From: the human T2T-CHM13v2.0 reference genome, Homo sapiens
Assembly: GCF_009914755.1 (NCBI RefSeq)
Contig: NC_060940.1
Length of the DNA: 64,000 bases
Direction: 5' to 3' (one strand)
Part shown: positions 1 to 13,768 of the stretch, one piece after another
How the letters are laid out: each line of letters begins with the position of its first letter
Numbering within the stretch: the stretch's first letter is position 1
Translations under genes and position numbers: made by a program
Notes under the pieces: model-generated
What the model was told of the DNA's origin: nothing
Seen by the model: only the letters and a program-made list of their open reading frames with translations
The model's database searches: none

Positions 1-799
1 CATATTTTTCTCTGTTTTTTGTTAGATTAATATTAGAGAGTTCTGTCCCTTTAACTGTCAAATGGTTTTCCATCTTGCAAGTAATCTTTCTCCACCAAGG
101 AGTCTTTTAAAAGTTATAAATAAAATACCCCAAATATTTTCTTTTTCCCACAGATGAGAACATTAGAACACTGACATTTTTATCTGTTCTTTACAAGAGT
201 GAGTTGTGTCAACACAGTGCTCCCAGCTACAACACTGAAAAAAATAAGTTTAATTAAAGACAGAGAAGAAACTGCATGTGGAGCCTAAGCCACTGAGATA
301 CAACCAAGAGTTGTCACCTTCAGAGTCAGTTCTCTATGAACAAATCTCTTTGTCAGTGTCAGAAGAAGAAGAGAGAGAAAGCAAAGCAAAAGTGTGATGC
401 TATAAAGATAAAACATGGTGAAGTCAAATGTCAGTGTTCAGACTAGGAACTAAAAAATAGTTATTTATGTAGTACTTCCAGAGTCCAAACACTATGCCTA
501 ACATCATAAAACATCTTTGGCTATAAATAGATGCCTATTAACCACATATATGTTGTAGAAGATACAGTTGAAGCACAAAGAGAAGGCCATGATCACCAGG
601 TAATGTTTAGCAACAATGAACATTGCTTTTACCGGGTTTATTTCAGAATACTGGCTATGCTCCTTCCTCAAACACTAATTTGAAGGGCAAATTAACATTG
701 TCACAAAACTATTTTCCCAAATTAAGCACAGCTCTAACTACATTCTAGCAATAGCTTGCTTTACTTGCCCTGCCCTTTTGTAAGGACATCCTATTGTCA

Positions 800-1050
800 G
801 AGAGGCAGTACAGCACAATGAATAGAAAACAGGAGAGACATGACAAAGTTCTAACTTTGGCTCTGCCATTTCCTAGCTTAGTAACTCTTGGGCAAGTTAC
901 TTAATCTATTTGAGATAATTTTTGCTCATGTATAAAATAGAAATAAAAGTAACTACTCAAGAGTGTTATTGCAAGGCTTCGATGAGATAATGCATGTGAA
1001 ATACCCAGTTCACTTCTTGGCTCATATAGTAGATGATCCACAAATAATAT
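800..1050 (+). mobile_element. MIR SINE relic
   Basis: Degenerate MIR core: 'ggctctgccatttcctagc...gggcaagttacttaatct...taaaatagaaataa...atgagataatgcatgtgaaa'. Confidence 0.75.
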
Positions 1051-1244
1051 TTTCACTATCTTTTGTTTTTTATAATACTGACCATTTGTTGATTGTGTAT
1101 TATCATGCCCTCTAGATCATATGTTTCTTAGGACTACAACTTCTTTCACTCCTATAAAATAGCCTATCTCAGCTTAGAGGGAATGTATAGTATTAAGTAT
1201 TAATACCTCCTGGTCTGCTCACCCATATATAAATTATTTTGTCA

Positions 1245-1510
1245 CAGCACAGTGTAACAGAATGGTTATCAGCATGAGCTGATATATCAAGATTGCTTGT
1301 ACTAACTGATTACATTTCAATCATGGCACTGATACTTAATAGCTATGTAACTTTTGGCAAGTTACTTATCTATGCCTCAGTTTGTGAGATGGAAATATAA
1401 TAATACTTTAGACTCACAGGGCTATTATGAAGATTATATACACAAAACATATGTAAAGCTATTTAAATAATACCTGGTCCAAGTATGAGTTCAAAAGACA
1501 TTTGTTATTA
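1245..1510 (+). mobile_element. MIR SINE relic
   Basis: 'agctatgtaacttttggcaagttactt...tgcctcagttt...cagggctattatgaagatta'. Confidence 0.7.
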
Positions 1511-2382
1511 CCTGATAATATATCTGCACAATGAATACTATTTTATATTTATTGTATAAGTATTAAATATTTCTCAGAATTTATGTGATAAAGTTGTTAG
1601 GAGAAGAAGCAGGGTAAATACTTTGGTAAGTAGTAATAAACATGATAGGAACAACAGGTACATAAGGGAAAAAATGATAAATTCAAGATAGAAAGTAATG
1701 AAATAAGAACAAGAAACAATGCTTTATAGAGGGCAATAAACTAAATGTTAGTGGTATAATGAAATGAAAAAGAATACAACATATAAAACTACCGTATTTT
1801 AACTGTAGCAGATGATGATGAAGGAAGTGCAGGTTATTCAGAACAAAGACAGGAGCAAAGGTAGGAGAGGAGTACAGAAGGCCTATTTGGAGGCCATTAT
1901 ACATCTGTCTGCCTGGAAGTGAGGGTTCCTATAGAACCTCTTAATTCCTTAGTCCTCTTAATTCCCTCCCCCTAGAACTTATAAGGCACACAATAGGTGC
2001 TCATTAAATATCTATGTAAAAGACAGAATGAATTCCCATCACAATTAGTTTTAAATGCTAAACAGACCTTCCCAATGGGCATACCAAGGCATATTAGTGT
2101 GCCTAAATTGGGTGACAGGTGTACTGAGATAGTGATCTCGTCAGCCCTTGAGGTCCAAACCTCTAGCCATAAGGTTGTTGTCCTGCTACCCCAGTGTGCC
2201 ACACAAATATCATCATTGTCTAAGTGTATCATGCCATAAAAAGTTGGGAAGCAATGGGTTAAACAATAAGGCTATTATGCAATATGCAATGGAACAGATA
2301 CAAAGAGGAGTAAATAGGAGAGGATATAATGTACAGTAGTCTTTGCCTATGTGGGTGGCACTGTGGAAGATCAATCAAAGAG

Positions 2383-2722
2383 TTTATTAGTCCATTTGCA
2401 CACTGCCAATGAAGACATACCCGAGAATGAGCAATTTACAAAAGAAAGGTTTAATGGACTTACATTTCCACATGACTGGGAAGGCCTTACAACCATGGCG
2501 GAAGGTAAAAGGCATGTCTCACATGGTGGCAGACAAGAGAAGAGAGATTGTGCGGGGAAACTATTTTTTAAAACTATCAGATCTTGTGAGACTCATTTGC
2601 CATCACGAGAACAGCACAAGAAAGGCCAGTCCCCATGATTCAACCACCTCCCACTGGGTCCCTCCCACAACCCATGGGAATTCAAAATGAGATCTGGGTG
2701 GGGACACAGCTAAACCATATCA
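2383..2722 (-). mobile_element. THE1 (THE1B-like) MaLR solo LTR
   Basis: Reverse complement starts 'tgatatggtttagctgtgtccccaccc', the THE1 5' end; about 340 bp; flanked by aagag/aagaa (degenerate 5-bp TSD). Confidence 0.9.
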
Positions 2723-3279
2723 AAGAAGGAAAAGACAAGGTACAGAAAGAACAGCAGTTCAAAAGCTGCTGCAATAAGCTAGGCAAGAAAACTAAGAGTA
2801 ACAAAAGAGATGAATTCAAAACAGGTTGTGAAAGAATAACTGCTTAGAACTTAGTTTAGTTCAGTTCCATAAACATTCATTGTTGCCTATTATGTGTCTG
2901 CTGTTTGCTGGGCATTAAGGATTTTAAAAATTGAAGAAAAATTCCAGTTATTAGGAATTTTTTAATTGTAGAAACAGAATTACAGGTTTTCCTTAATGTA
3001 TTCTCTTGCACATTAGCTCTTAGAAGAAAGGGAGTATTAAAAGGTGTTACATATTGCACCATAAACCAAACGTAGTTTTAACCTACTCATTAAAGCTTCA
3101 AAAAATAAGCCTTTGGGTAAGAAGGCTCAATGTCAGCAGCCAGAGGGTTATGAAGAGAATTCTGTAGAATATTCCCCTAAACACAATAGCTGCACCAATA
3201 TTTCTTAATATATTTATATCTGATCAAGAGTTAGAATGCATGCCATTGGCAAACTCCACTTTTAGCCTTTAAGGGATAA

Positions 3280-3510
3280 CAACAATTATCATTTATTAGG
3301 TGCTCATTATACATAAGGCATTGTGCTACTTTACATATATAATCTCACTTTATCCTCAAAGAAACCTTGAAATGTAGGTATCAGTCCCATTTTGCCCATG
3401 AAAAAAAACAAGGCTTAGAATATTAAGTCACCTGTCTAAAGATATCCAGCTAGTAAAATGGCAGAGCCAGAATTCAAACCTAGATCCATCCAACTCTTAA
3501 GTCTGTGTTT
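3280..3510 (-). mobile_element. MIR SINE relic
   Basis: 'cccattttgcccatga...aggcttaga...taagtcacctgtctaaag...cagctagtaa...gcagagccagaattcaaacc'. Confidence 0.75.
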
Positions 3511-3696
3511 TTATTAAATGTGTTTTAACAGATAAGTTACTTAAGAAAGGGCTTTGGGAAAGGCACCTGAGACATAGAGAAAAGACAGCCACCGAAGCAA
3601 ACATAGGAAAGGCTCACTCACGCACTGTTCTAAGAGGCTGTGCTTGCCTGAGACTCACCAACTGGATTCACGCAGGAAGAAATCTAGGTGTATTCA

Positions 3697-4202
3697 TCTG
3701 TTTTCTACTGCTGCTGTAACAAATTTACACAAATTTAGTGACTTAAAACAATATACATTTATTATCTTACAGTGTTTTGTCTCAGAAGTCTGAAAGGAGT
3801 CAGTCTTACTGAACTGAGATCAAGGTGTCACAGTGCTGCATTCCTTTCTGAAGGGGCTAGAGGACAATCTACTTCCTTCCCTTTTCCAGCTTCCAGAGGT
3901 CACCAGCATTCCCTGGCTCATGGCTCCTTCCTGTCTTCAAAGCCAGCAATAATCAGTTGAGTCCTTCTCAGGCTGATGCTTCTCTGGTTCTTCCATAGTT
4001 TCATCTCGTTTTCATCACAAAAAGGTTCTCTAATTGTAAGGACCCATGTGATTAGATTAGGCCTACCCAGATAACCCATCATAATCTCCCCATCTAAAGA
4101 TCCCTGACTAAATCACATCTACAAAATTCTTCTTGCTATATAATCAGATTATGGGGATTAGGACACGAAGGTTGTTAGAGGGGTCATTATTCTGCCTATC
4201 AC
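3697..4202 (-). mobile_element. MLT1 (MLT1D-like) MaLR solo LTR
   Basis: 'gctgctgtaacaaat...ttagtgacttaaaacaa...ttttccagcttccagagg...cattattctgcctatcac' matches MLT1 on the reverse strand. Confidence 0.85.
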
Positions 4203-4396
4203 GGTCTGATTGTAAGAGAGTAGAACCTTTCACTGTTTGAACCACATAACTAGCCCCCTGTTCTGGTTCCACATGTACAGGACAATTTACTGATAATATT
4301 TTGGCTTACCCTATGGCTTACTTAAAAGAAGGGAATGTGCTGTTTAGAGGATATAGTGTTTAATCCCCTGGGCAAATACATTTTATATTATATTGA

Positions 4397-4808
<412 letters not shown>

Positions 4809-5104
4809 CTCAGAATCTTTAAGTTAAGGATCGGAGTCAGGGATGAGGGAGGGGGCATATTTAACAAGTCTGTATCTATGATAAAAAACAACCTTTTGAA
4901 GAGCATGTTTAAGAAGCTATATATAATTATATATATCTAAGAATGCAGCTATGTGTCACTCCCTTTGATTTACAAGACTGCTCTCAACAAAGAGAGTAGT
5001 CAGTTTTCTGATTGTGCCTGTGTAATCAATCAAATGGTTTGAAGTAGAATGTCCTTGGAAGACAGCAGGGAATTTCAAATCAACAACTTTTAAAACTTGG
5101 ATCA

Positions 5105-5320
5105 CATGGATTAGTGGTCGCCTAGAGCTGGAGCTTTTTAGGGAGAATAAAGAGTGACTGCTAATGAGTTTAGGGTTTCTTTTTGGGGTAATACATTTTT
5201 AAAAAAATTGACTGTGGTGATGATTGCACAACTCTGTGAACAGACAAAAAAAATCACTGCATTATATGTTTTTAATGGGTGAATTGTATGGTATGTGAAT
5301 TACATCTCAATGAAAATTTG
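5105..5320 (+). mobile_element. Old L1M 3' end fragment
   Basis: 'gagtgactgctaatg...gtggtgatgattgcacaactctgtgaa...gtgaattgtatggtatgtgaattacatctcaat'. Confidence 0.8.
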
Positions 5321-5338
5321 TAAAAGAAATTGGGTCAC

Positions 5339-5710
<372 letters not shown>

Positions 5711-8328
5711 TTAGTGAAGATCCCTTAATGTCTACTACTGTCCTCCTTGTTTTTCTATCTACCTTAACTTTTTACACATTCTGTTCTTGGAAAAGTCACA
5801 GTTTTCCACCCCTTTTGTTTCTTACTTTACTCATCAACTAATATACAACAAACATATTCCAATTATAAATATAGAATGTCATTCTGATGTTAACTTCCAA
5901 GGTCCTTACTAGAGAAAAAGTATAAATAAGGAAAACATTCCCATCCTGATCCTGTTTTAGAGCCTAATTTTTTTTACCCTTGTTCTGCATTGTTTGCAGA
6001 TTCTCTATATGTCCTAAATCAGTCCACGCACCACAAGAGCTGTATCAGATTCATGCCTTCTTGAATCTAGATTCTCACATTAAAGTCAAAGAACTGGTAT
6101 CTACTTGCAATGAGGAAACTTCACATGTTAGTAGACAAGCTCCATTTGCTCTATTTTATAGCAATAACTATTAGAACGCTCAATAGTGAATTCACTAATC
6201 TGTGCAATGCTATTGAATGACTTCTGTTTGTACTTCTTTGTACCTACATCTTCTTTCCCAAGGGCAATGACAGCCCCCCTTTTTCATAGGAAAGCAAAAA
6301 CCGGCTTTCAAAGGTAGGCAGTTTTGCTTACAAATGTCAGGAAATGTTTTGCTTGAGCCATTCTTATAGTTGATATAAAAATAATCACCTATATAACCCC
6401 CAAATGTCTCCCTGAATAATCAAGCCATTTCAAGAGAAAACTTTCTTAAAACTGATATAGTAAAGCAGTTTAATTAGATTAATAAGATACCATAAACAGG
6501 GTTTCCTTCGACTTTGAGATGGAACACTTACCTCACACGAATTCAGACAAAATAGTCTAGTTACTTTTCTACATGAGAATTATAAATATAAGAGATCACT
6601 CTCCATATTGGAATAACAGAAATAAGTGAAGTTGCAACCCTGATCCTTGGGTAAAACTGTGCTTATACACTAGATGGTCTACTGAACCACAAATCTAGCA
6701 TACTCTGTTATATACTTTCATGCATAACAATTTATTCCCATTTCATGGTATGCCTAGTTGTATAGGCAGAAAGAAGGGTGACGGCCCCAGAAAAGATTAG
6801 TGTACATAATCGACACTGTAGAAAGCAGTTTTATATAATTTAGTTACTCTTAAATATGAATATACAACTGACTTTGTAGAACAAACATATCATAAATTCA
6901 TCGTCTGATGCAAAACTAGTTTTGTCAAATAGTTCATAATATTCATTTTACCAGGTTTCTGCAAAAACCAATTATTGCAGTTGAAACTAAAAACCTTTGA
7001 ATGTTAGGTTACAAAATAGCTTACAAAGCAATTTATAGTGTATTTATAAGTTTGTGTTGTTACTGTTGTCGTTGTTGTTTTAATGCATGCAGGCACTAAA
7101 GCCCATATTCCAGGGATCCTTTCAGACCACTGAACGCTGAATTTTCCAAGCAAGCAGGTGTAACTCATTAGATCTGCCATGGACCGTGAAAGCCACTTGC
7201 CAATAGTGTCGAAAGCATATCACTCATTTCAATCTCACCAAAAAGGACAGACCTTTCTCTGACAAAACATTACTGAAAAACACTGAGTTTGGGGCTGTGA
7301 CTTGAACAGCTCAGCACACATGGATGGAAACTCAACAGAGAAGCTAAAGCCAAGTGGAAGTGTCAGATTGACGTTCTAGCTTTACACCTTCAGAGAGCAC
7401 AGCTTCCACCTGGATTTCAAGAAGAAGGGGTGAAAAGAAGAAAACCAAACACCTAGCAATAACAATGATCTTGGCAGCATGCACGATAATTGCACCATCT
7501 GACCTGGCAGAACTGTCAGTATGAATGGCAAACTATCTGCATATGATTGAGTTTTGTAATCCCAGAAGCTCAAAACAGAGAAACTTAAGGAGCCAGTCAA
7601 ATCAGCTTTGAATGTCAGTCACTGTACAAGCAATGTAGTTAATCAGAAAAATCAGGATAGCACTCAGAAAACAGTCTAGGTCTTTTTTCAGCAATCACAA
7701 AGCCAATTAATGAAATACTAGACATTTAAAATTCTGTAGAATTAAATTGAATAGTAGTATGCCATAGTTAGTATGCCAAAGATGAAAATAATATAACTAC
7801 CTGGATATTTTGCATAAATACTAAGTAGTCTTGCTCTTCACATAGTTTTTAAATCTAAATTACATAATACTCAACTAAAATTTAGCTAGGTGGATAGAGC
7901 CCGATGTTTAGTTTAGATGCAAGGACTAAGAGAAAGAGTAGCAGTTATGTTTTGTTTCTTGATCAAGGTGCTAGTTACATAGGTATCTTTAGGTTATAAA
8001 AATTCATCAAACTGTACACTTACAATATGTGAATCTTTGTCATCAAAAAAGCTTTGTGATCAAGAAACATCATGTCCTCTAGTCAACTGCCCCAAGAACT
8101 TAGTCTCCAAGAAAAGCTATACTTCAGATTCCCATTTGATCAAGTTTCACACTTGTTTTTCAGCTTTCCAAGCTAAACTGTTTAAGGATAGATTCCAGTT
8201 AGACATACTAGAGCAATGGAACATGTTTCACTACATTTAGGTCTATTATTTCGTAATGGAGTTTCTAATAATATTCCAATGACTTAGGAGAGGTTTTTTG
8301 GGTTTGTGTATGTGCGTGTGTGTGTGTG

Positions 8329-8594
8329 TTTAGAGACAAGGTCTTATTCTGTCACCCAGCTGGAATGCAATTGTAAAATCGTAGCTCACTGCAGCCTCAA
8401 ATCCCTGGACTCAAGCAATCCTCCTGCCTGAAGAGCAAGGACTACAGGTGTGTGCTACCATGCCTGGCTAATTTTTTTGAATATTCTTTGCAGAAACAGG
8501 ATATGGCTGGTCTTGAATTCCTGGGCTCAATCAATCCTCCTGCCTTGGACTCCCAAAGTGCTGCAATTACAAGTGTGAGCCACCAGGCCCAGCC
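8329..8594 (-). mobile_element. AluJ (degenerate), preceded by (TG)n
   Basis: Reverse Alu with J-type features and internal deletions. Confidence 0.85.
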
Positions 8595-8886
8595 AAGAAA
8601 GTAGTTTTTAAATAGCCCTGATAATGATTTGTTCCTGAAAAGATCTACCAAACCACAACTCATGCATATCATAGTCACAAAGTAGTTTGTGAAAAATACA
8701 TAAGACTGAGTATAATACTTCAATAATAAAGAACAGTCAAAATGTTTGATACTGATGACAGAGGCAGAACAAGAGACATATACACTTGCCAAAAGTATAT
8801 AAGAAAGATCATGATAGAAAAAAGAATCAACTCCAATTTTTCAATGCACTGTTAAAATATACATCTTTCTCCAAGGTCACTTTTAG

Positions 8887-9241
<355 letters not shown>

Positions 9242-9531
9242 AACTACCCAAAATTCCATGATAGGTTACTATTTCTATAAGGTTGAGTCGTTGTATTAAG
9301 TCAAAATTCTCAGCATCTGCTTAGTCTACTGCATACACAACTAGGGGCCATAAAGAAATCCTTTCATTTTTATAGGCCAAGTGTTGTACTACATGGAATT
9401 AATGGCGCAAGAGAAAAAAAAAAAGTATTTTTATTATCACATATTCACATGTGCAATTTTTTACATACCACAAGAATCTCAAAATTATGATAGCATATAA
9501 GGCTGAAACAAATAGTAGCTGGCTACATTTC

Positions 9532-9839
<308 letters not shown>

Positions 9840-10992
9840 GGCTACATTTCTTTAAAAAAAAAAAATCATAGTCACTCCTTGTAGTCACTCATTTAACTAC
9901 TTTAGGTTCTAGGAGCCTAAATTATCCAAAAAGGCAAACCCTGACTCCAACTGAACATCCAAAAGACACGAAGTTATCTTGTTGGTTGGTATTTGTTTTT
10001 ATTAGCAATACGGCAACAATTTTACTTCTGATTCCATGAAAGGAGCATTCACAAACATGAATCAAAAATGAACATATATATAACCTACTCTAGCTTAAAA
10101 TTAACATAGTAGGTCAAAATTCTAAGAAAAATGATTAAATTTAGTCTTAACATTTGACTAAGATAAATTTTAAGTGACTAATATTAATGACTGTGCAATG
10201 CTCAGTGTTCCCACAAGCTATACCTTTTAAAAAATATTTTTTAGCAAATAGGCAGCATGGAGTTATTAGCCCAAAGTTCACCTTAGTTCTCCTCTAACAT
10301 TAACCAGGGTTTCAATGGAATACTCCACACATAAATTTAAATTAGTAGCTAATATTTCTAAATAACCGAAAGTTGAATTAACTATTAGTTGAATCATATA
10401 AAATTCCATTTCTATGGGTCAAAAACAGTCAAATCTTGATAATTTCATGTGGCTTAGCCTAAAAATAGTTTTTAAACAGTTCCAATTCTATGGTAGAAAG
10501 AAGCAAATAGCAAAAAAATAAAAAAAATAAATAAAAACATGATGTGAAAATACATGTTAGAAAATGCTTCCAACTAAATGCTAAGGTATAAAGAGAAATA
10601 GAAATAGTGGGCTTCAGAAGAAGGGGTAAAAATCAGGTAGTTCAACAGGTTCCTAGTAGTAATCAATAAAATGACTTCTGCTTCACCTTTTAGGAGGAGG
10701 CTATACTTAGCAAATCACTGTGTAAGCTGCCTCAATAACAGCATTCCTGCTATCAAGTTTACTTGCAATGATTCCAACAAAGAAATTAATTTCTTAGATG
10801 ACAAGAAAAGGTTATCTGAAATGGGGAAAACACAGGAGACTAAAGCTGTCTGTTAATAAAACAGACAAGCATCAGTCTAGGCAATGAATTCAGAGCAGTT
10901 TTACTCTCTGCAAGATCTGACTTCCCATAGCCCACTATTATACATACATACACACGCCCACATATATACATGTATCAGTGTATATATGCATA

Positions 10993-11091
10993 CATACTTG
11001 TGCTGGTTTACTCAGAACTTTCCTAGTTTTAGCACTGAAAGTTCCATGATCCAGAAATTCAAGCCTGGGCAAACTGAGACAGTCACCCTAA
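10993..11091. mobile_element. MER81-like hAT-Blackjack MITE
   Basis: 'actttcctagttttagcactgaaagtt...cctgggcaaactgagacagtcacccta' resembles MER81 and its terminal gtcacccta. Confidence 0.6.
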
Positions 11092-11206
11092 TCTACAGCT
11101 ACCAACAGATGCATGAACATGTGTATGTGCACACACACACAAACACACACACACACACTCTCTCCCTTACCCATTCACATCCCCAACTCTAAAGAATGTT
11201 TTTCTA

Positions 11207-11529
<323 letters not shown>

Positions 11530-11799
11530 TTAAAATGCATTTACTCACTCTTCAGAAAACATGTGGTGTTGTAAAATTTTCCAAAAGCTATTATTTATGA
11601 CCATATCATTAATATATGTAACTGGCAGTGATCAAATCTGAGAACTTACAAACTGCCATTTTGGACAAGTCATCAGATGCACTCCTTCCTAAAGTCTCAT
11701 GTTTAAATCATATTCACCTCACTAAGTGTTATCAGAGGAACCTGTGACAATTATTCTATTTGTAAATATGAGGAAAATCTCTGAGGTATTCTCAGCTTA

Positions 11800-11995
11800 C
11801 CACTTATCAAGAATGTAACCTTGAGATAAATTACTTAGCCTCATTAATTTTCTATTTACCAGTATGTAAAATGGGGATAATAGTACCTACCTCAGTGTTT
11901 TCATGAGTATTGAATGACACAATGTACATAAAATGCTTAGTACAATACAGTAGCACAAAATTAATTCCCAATAAATATTATTACTATTGCTAATA
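11800..11995 (+). mobile_element. MIR relic
   Basis: 'tgtaaaatggggataatagtacctacctca...aaatgcttagtaca'. Confidence 0.8.
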
Positions 11996-12177
11996 GTATT
12001 GCTGTACAGATAAAAACTTACAAGTACTTTGAAGGTGGCAGTTGCCTATTCCTGTATTCTTTGGTGGAAATGTTTTCTTTTAAAAATGGTTTTCTCCTTT
12101 TATAATTTTTAGACTTCCAGAGTTATTCTGACTGTAAAAACTATGAGACTTTTGAGTAGTTTAAAAGACAGAGTGTT

Positions 12178-12440
12178 GGCTGGGCACGGTGGCTCATGTC
12201 TGTAATCCTAGCAGGCAGGCTGGGAAGCTGAGGCGGGAGGATCGCTTGAGGCCAGGAGTTAAAGACCAGTATGAGCAACACAGCAAGACCACCTCTCTAC
12301 AAAAAACTGTAAAATGAACCAGGCATGGTGGTGCACACCTGTAGTCCTAGCTACTTGAGAGGCTGAGGTAGTTGGATCAAACTGGTAAGCCATGATCTTG
12401 CCACTGCACCCTAGCCTGAGTGACAGGGTGAGACTCTCAG
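12178..12440 (+). mobile_element. AluJ
   Basis: 'ggaggatcgcttgaggccaggagtt' J-type left arm; right arm partly deleted. Confidence 0.88.
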
Positions 12441-12450
12441 AAAGAAGAAA

Positions 12451-12506
12451 GGAAGGAAGGAAGGAAGGAAGGAAGGAAGGAAGGAAGGAAGGAAGGAAGG
12501 AAGGAA
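12451..12506 (+). repeat. (GGAA)14 microsatellite in the Alu tail, followed by a polypurine tract to about 12566
   Basis: 14 uninterrupted GGAA units counted directly. Confidence 0.95.
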
Positions 12507-13768
12507 AGGGAAGGAGGGAAGAAGGGGAAGAGCCGGGGGAGGGGTACGGGGAGAGGGAGGGAAAGAGCATCCTTGTAATAAAATTACTTCTTGATGTGGA
12601 ATTTCTTCCCATTATTGAATTTCAACGTTAGATGTAATAGTGCAAGTAGAGAGCTTCTTGTCCCCTAACATTAATAAAAAATAGCATTTAATGGCCTGAA
12701 TTACAGGTGATAAAATTTTATCCATACTAAAATAATAGGTGTAAACATTAAATCAAAATATAGTCAAATTGGATTTTAGAGTTTGCAGAAACCTTTAAAA
12801 TCACCTAGTCCAAAACCCTCATTTTATAAATAAGACCTCTCAGAGGTGATTTGTCCAATGTCATATGGCCAGAATCAGAGACAGTAAAAGTATCCAACTC
12901 TCCTGACACCTAGTCCAATTATCTTTTCAGTATGCTACTCTTCAAATCATTAAACAAAAATCATGAGGCAAATTCTTATTCTAATATTCCTAATAAAAGC
13001 CATGTTTGAATACAACAAAAAATAATTAAGAGAAGGGCGTGTAACGAGAAGGCTGAAGGAAAAATGAGTACAACATAGTAGAAGATACCCTTTGAAGTCA
13101 AACAGGCTTGTTTCAAATGCCAGCTCTGCCATTCCTTTACTGTGTATCAATGGGCAAAGTATGAACTCTGAGCTTCAGGTCCCTTATTTGTTAAAAAGGG
13201 GATAATACTACCTAGAACAATTACATAAGATTAAAAAAAGAGTTAGAAGAGCACAACTGTTGAGAGTCAGACTATCTGTTTGAATCCCAACTCCACAACT
13301 TACTCATTGTTTGATCAAGTTTTATGATTTCTCTGAGCCATAGGAAGTATTTTAGCAGAGAACATGGCACATAACTGTAACATGTTTTAGTGTTATCAAC
13401 ATATATAAATCATCTGACACTTAATGATAATAAAAACACAACCACCATCACCAGCAACACAAAAAATACCTGCTTCATAAGTAAAAGTAGACCAGACTGA
13501 TAAAGCCAACATGCTAAATAAAATCAATGCTAATCTATCCTAAAATATGTCCATACTCTGAAATGTGTGAAAAGTTCATTAGAGTGGGATTAAAATCAGA
13601 TTCAAAAAGTACAATATTATCTATCTAGTAAATAATCACTTTGTAGTGACACATGTAAGAAATGGTTTTCAAGATATTGAATTTTAAAATGCTCAGTTTC
13701 ACAAAAGATAAAAAGTCAGAAGTTAGGTAACAGTAGAAGGCTTACAAAGTATGAAAAAAGCTAAAACA

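Noticed and set aside
12259-12631. ORFs with (PSFL)n or (RKEG)n repeats
   Set aside because: Translation of the GGAA microsatellite
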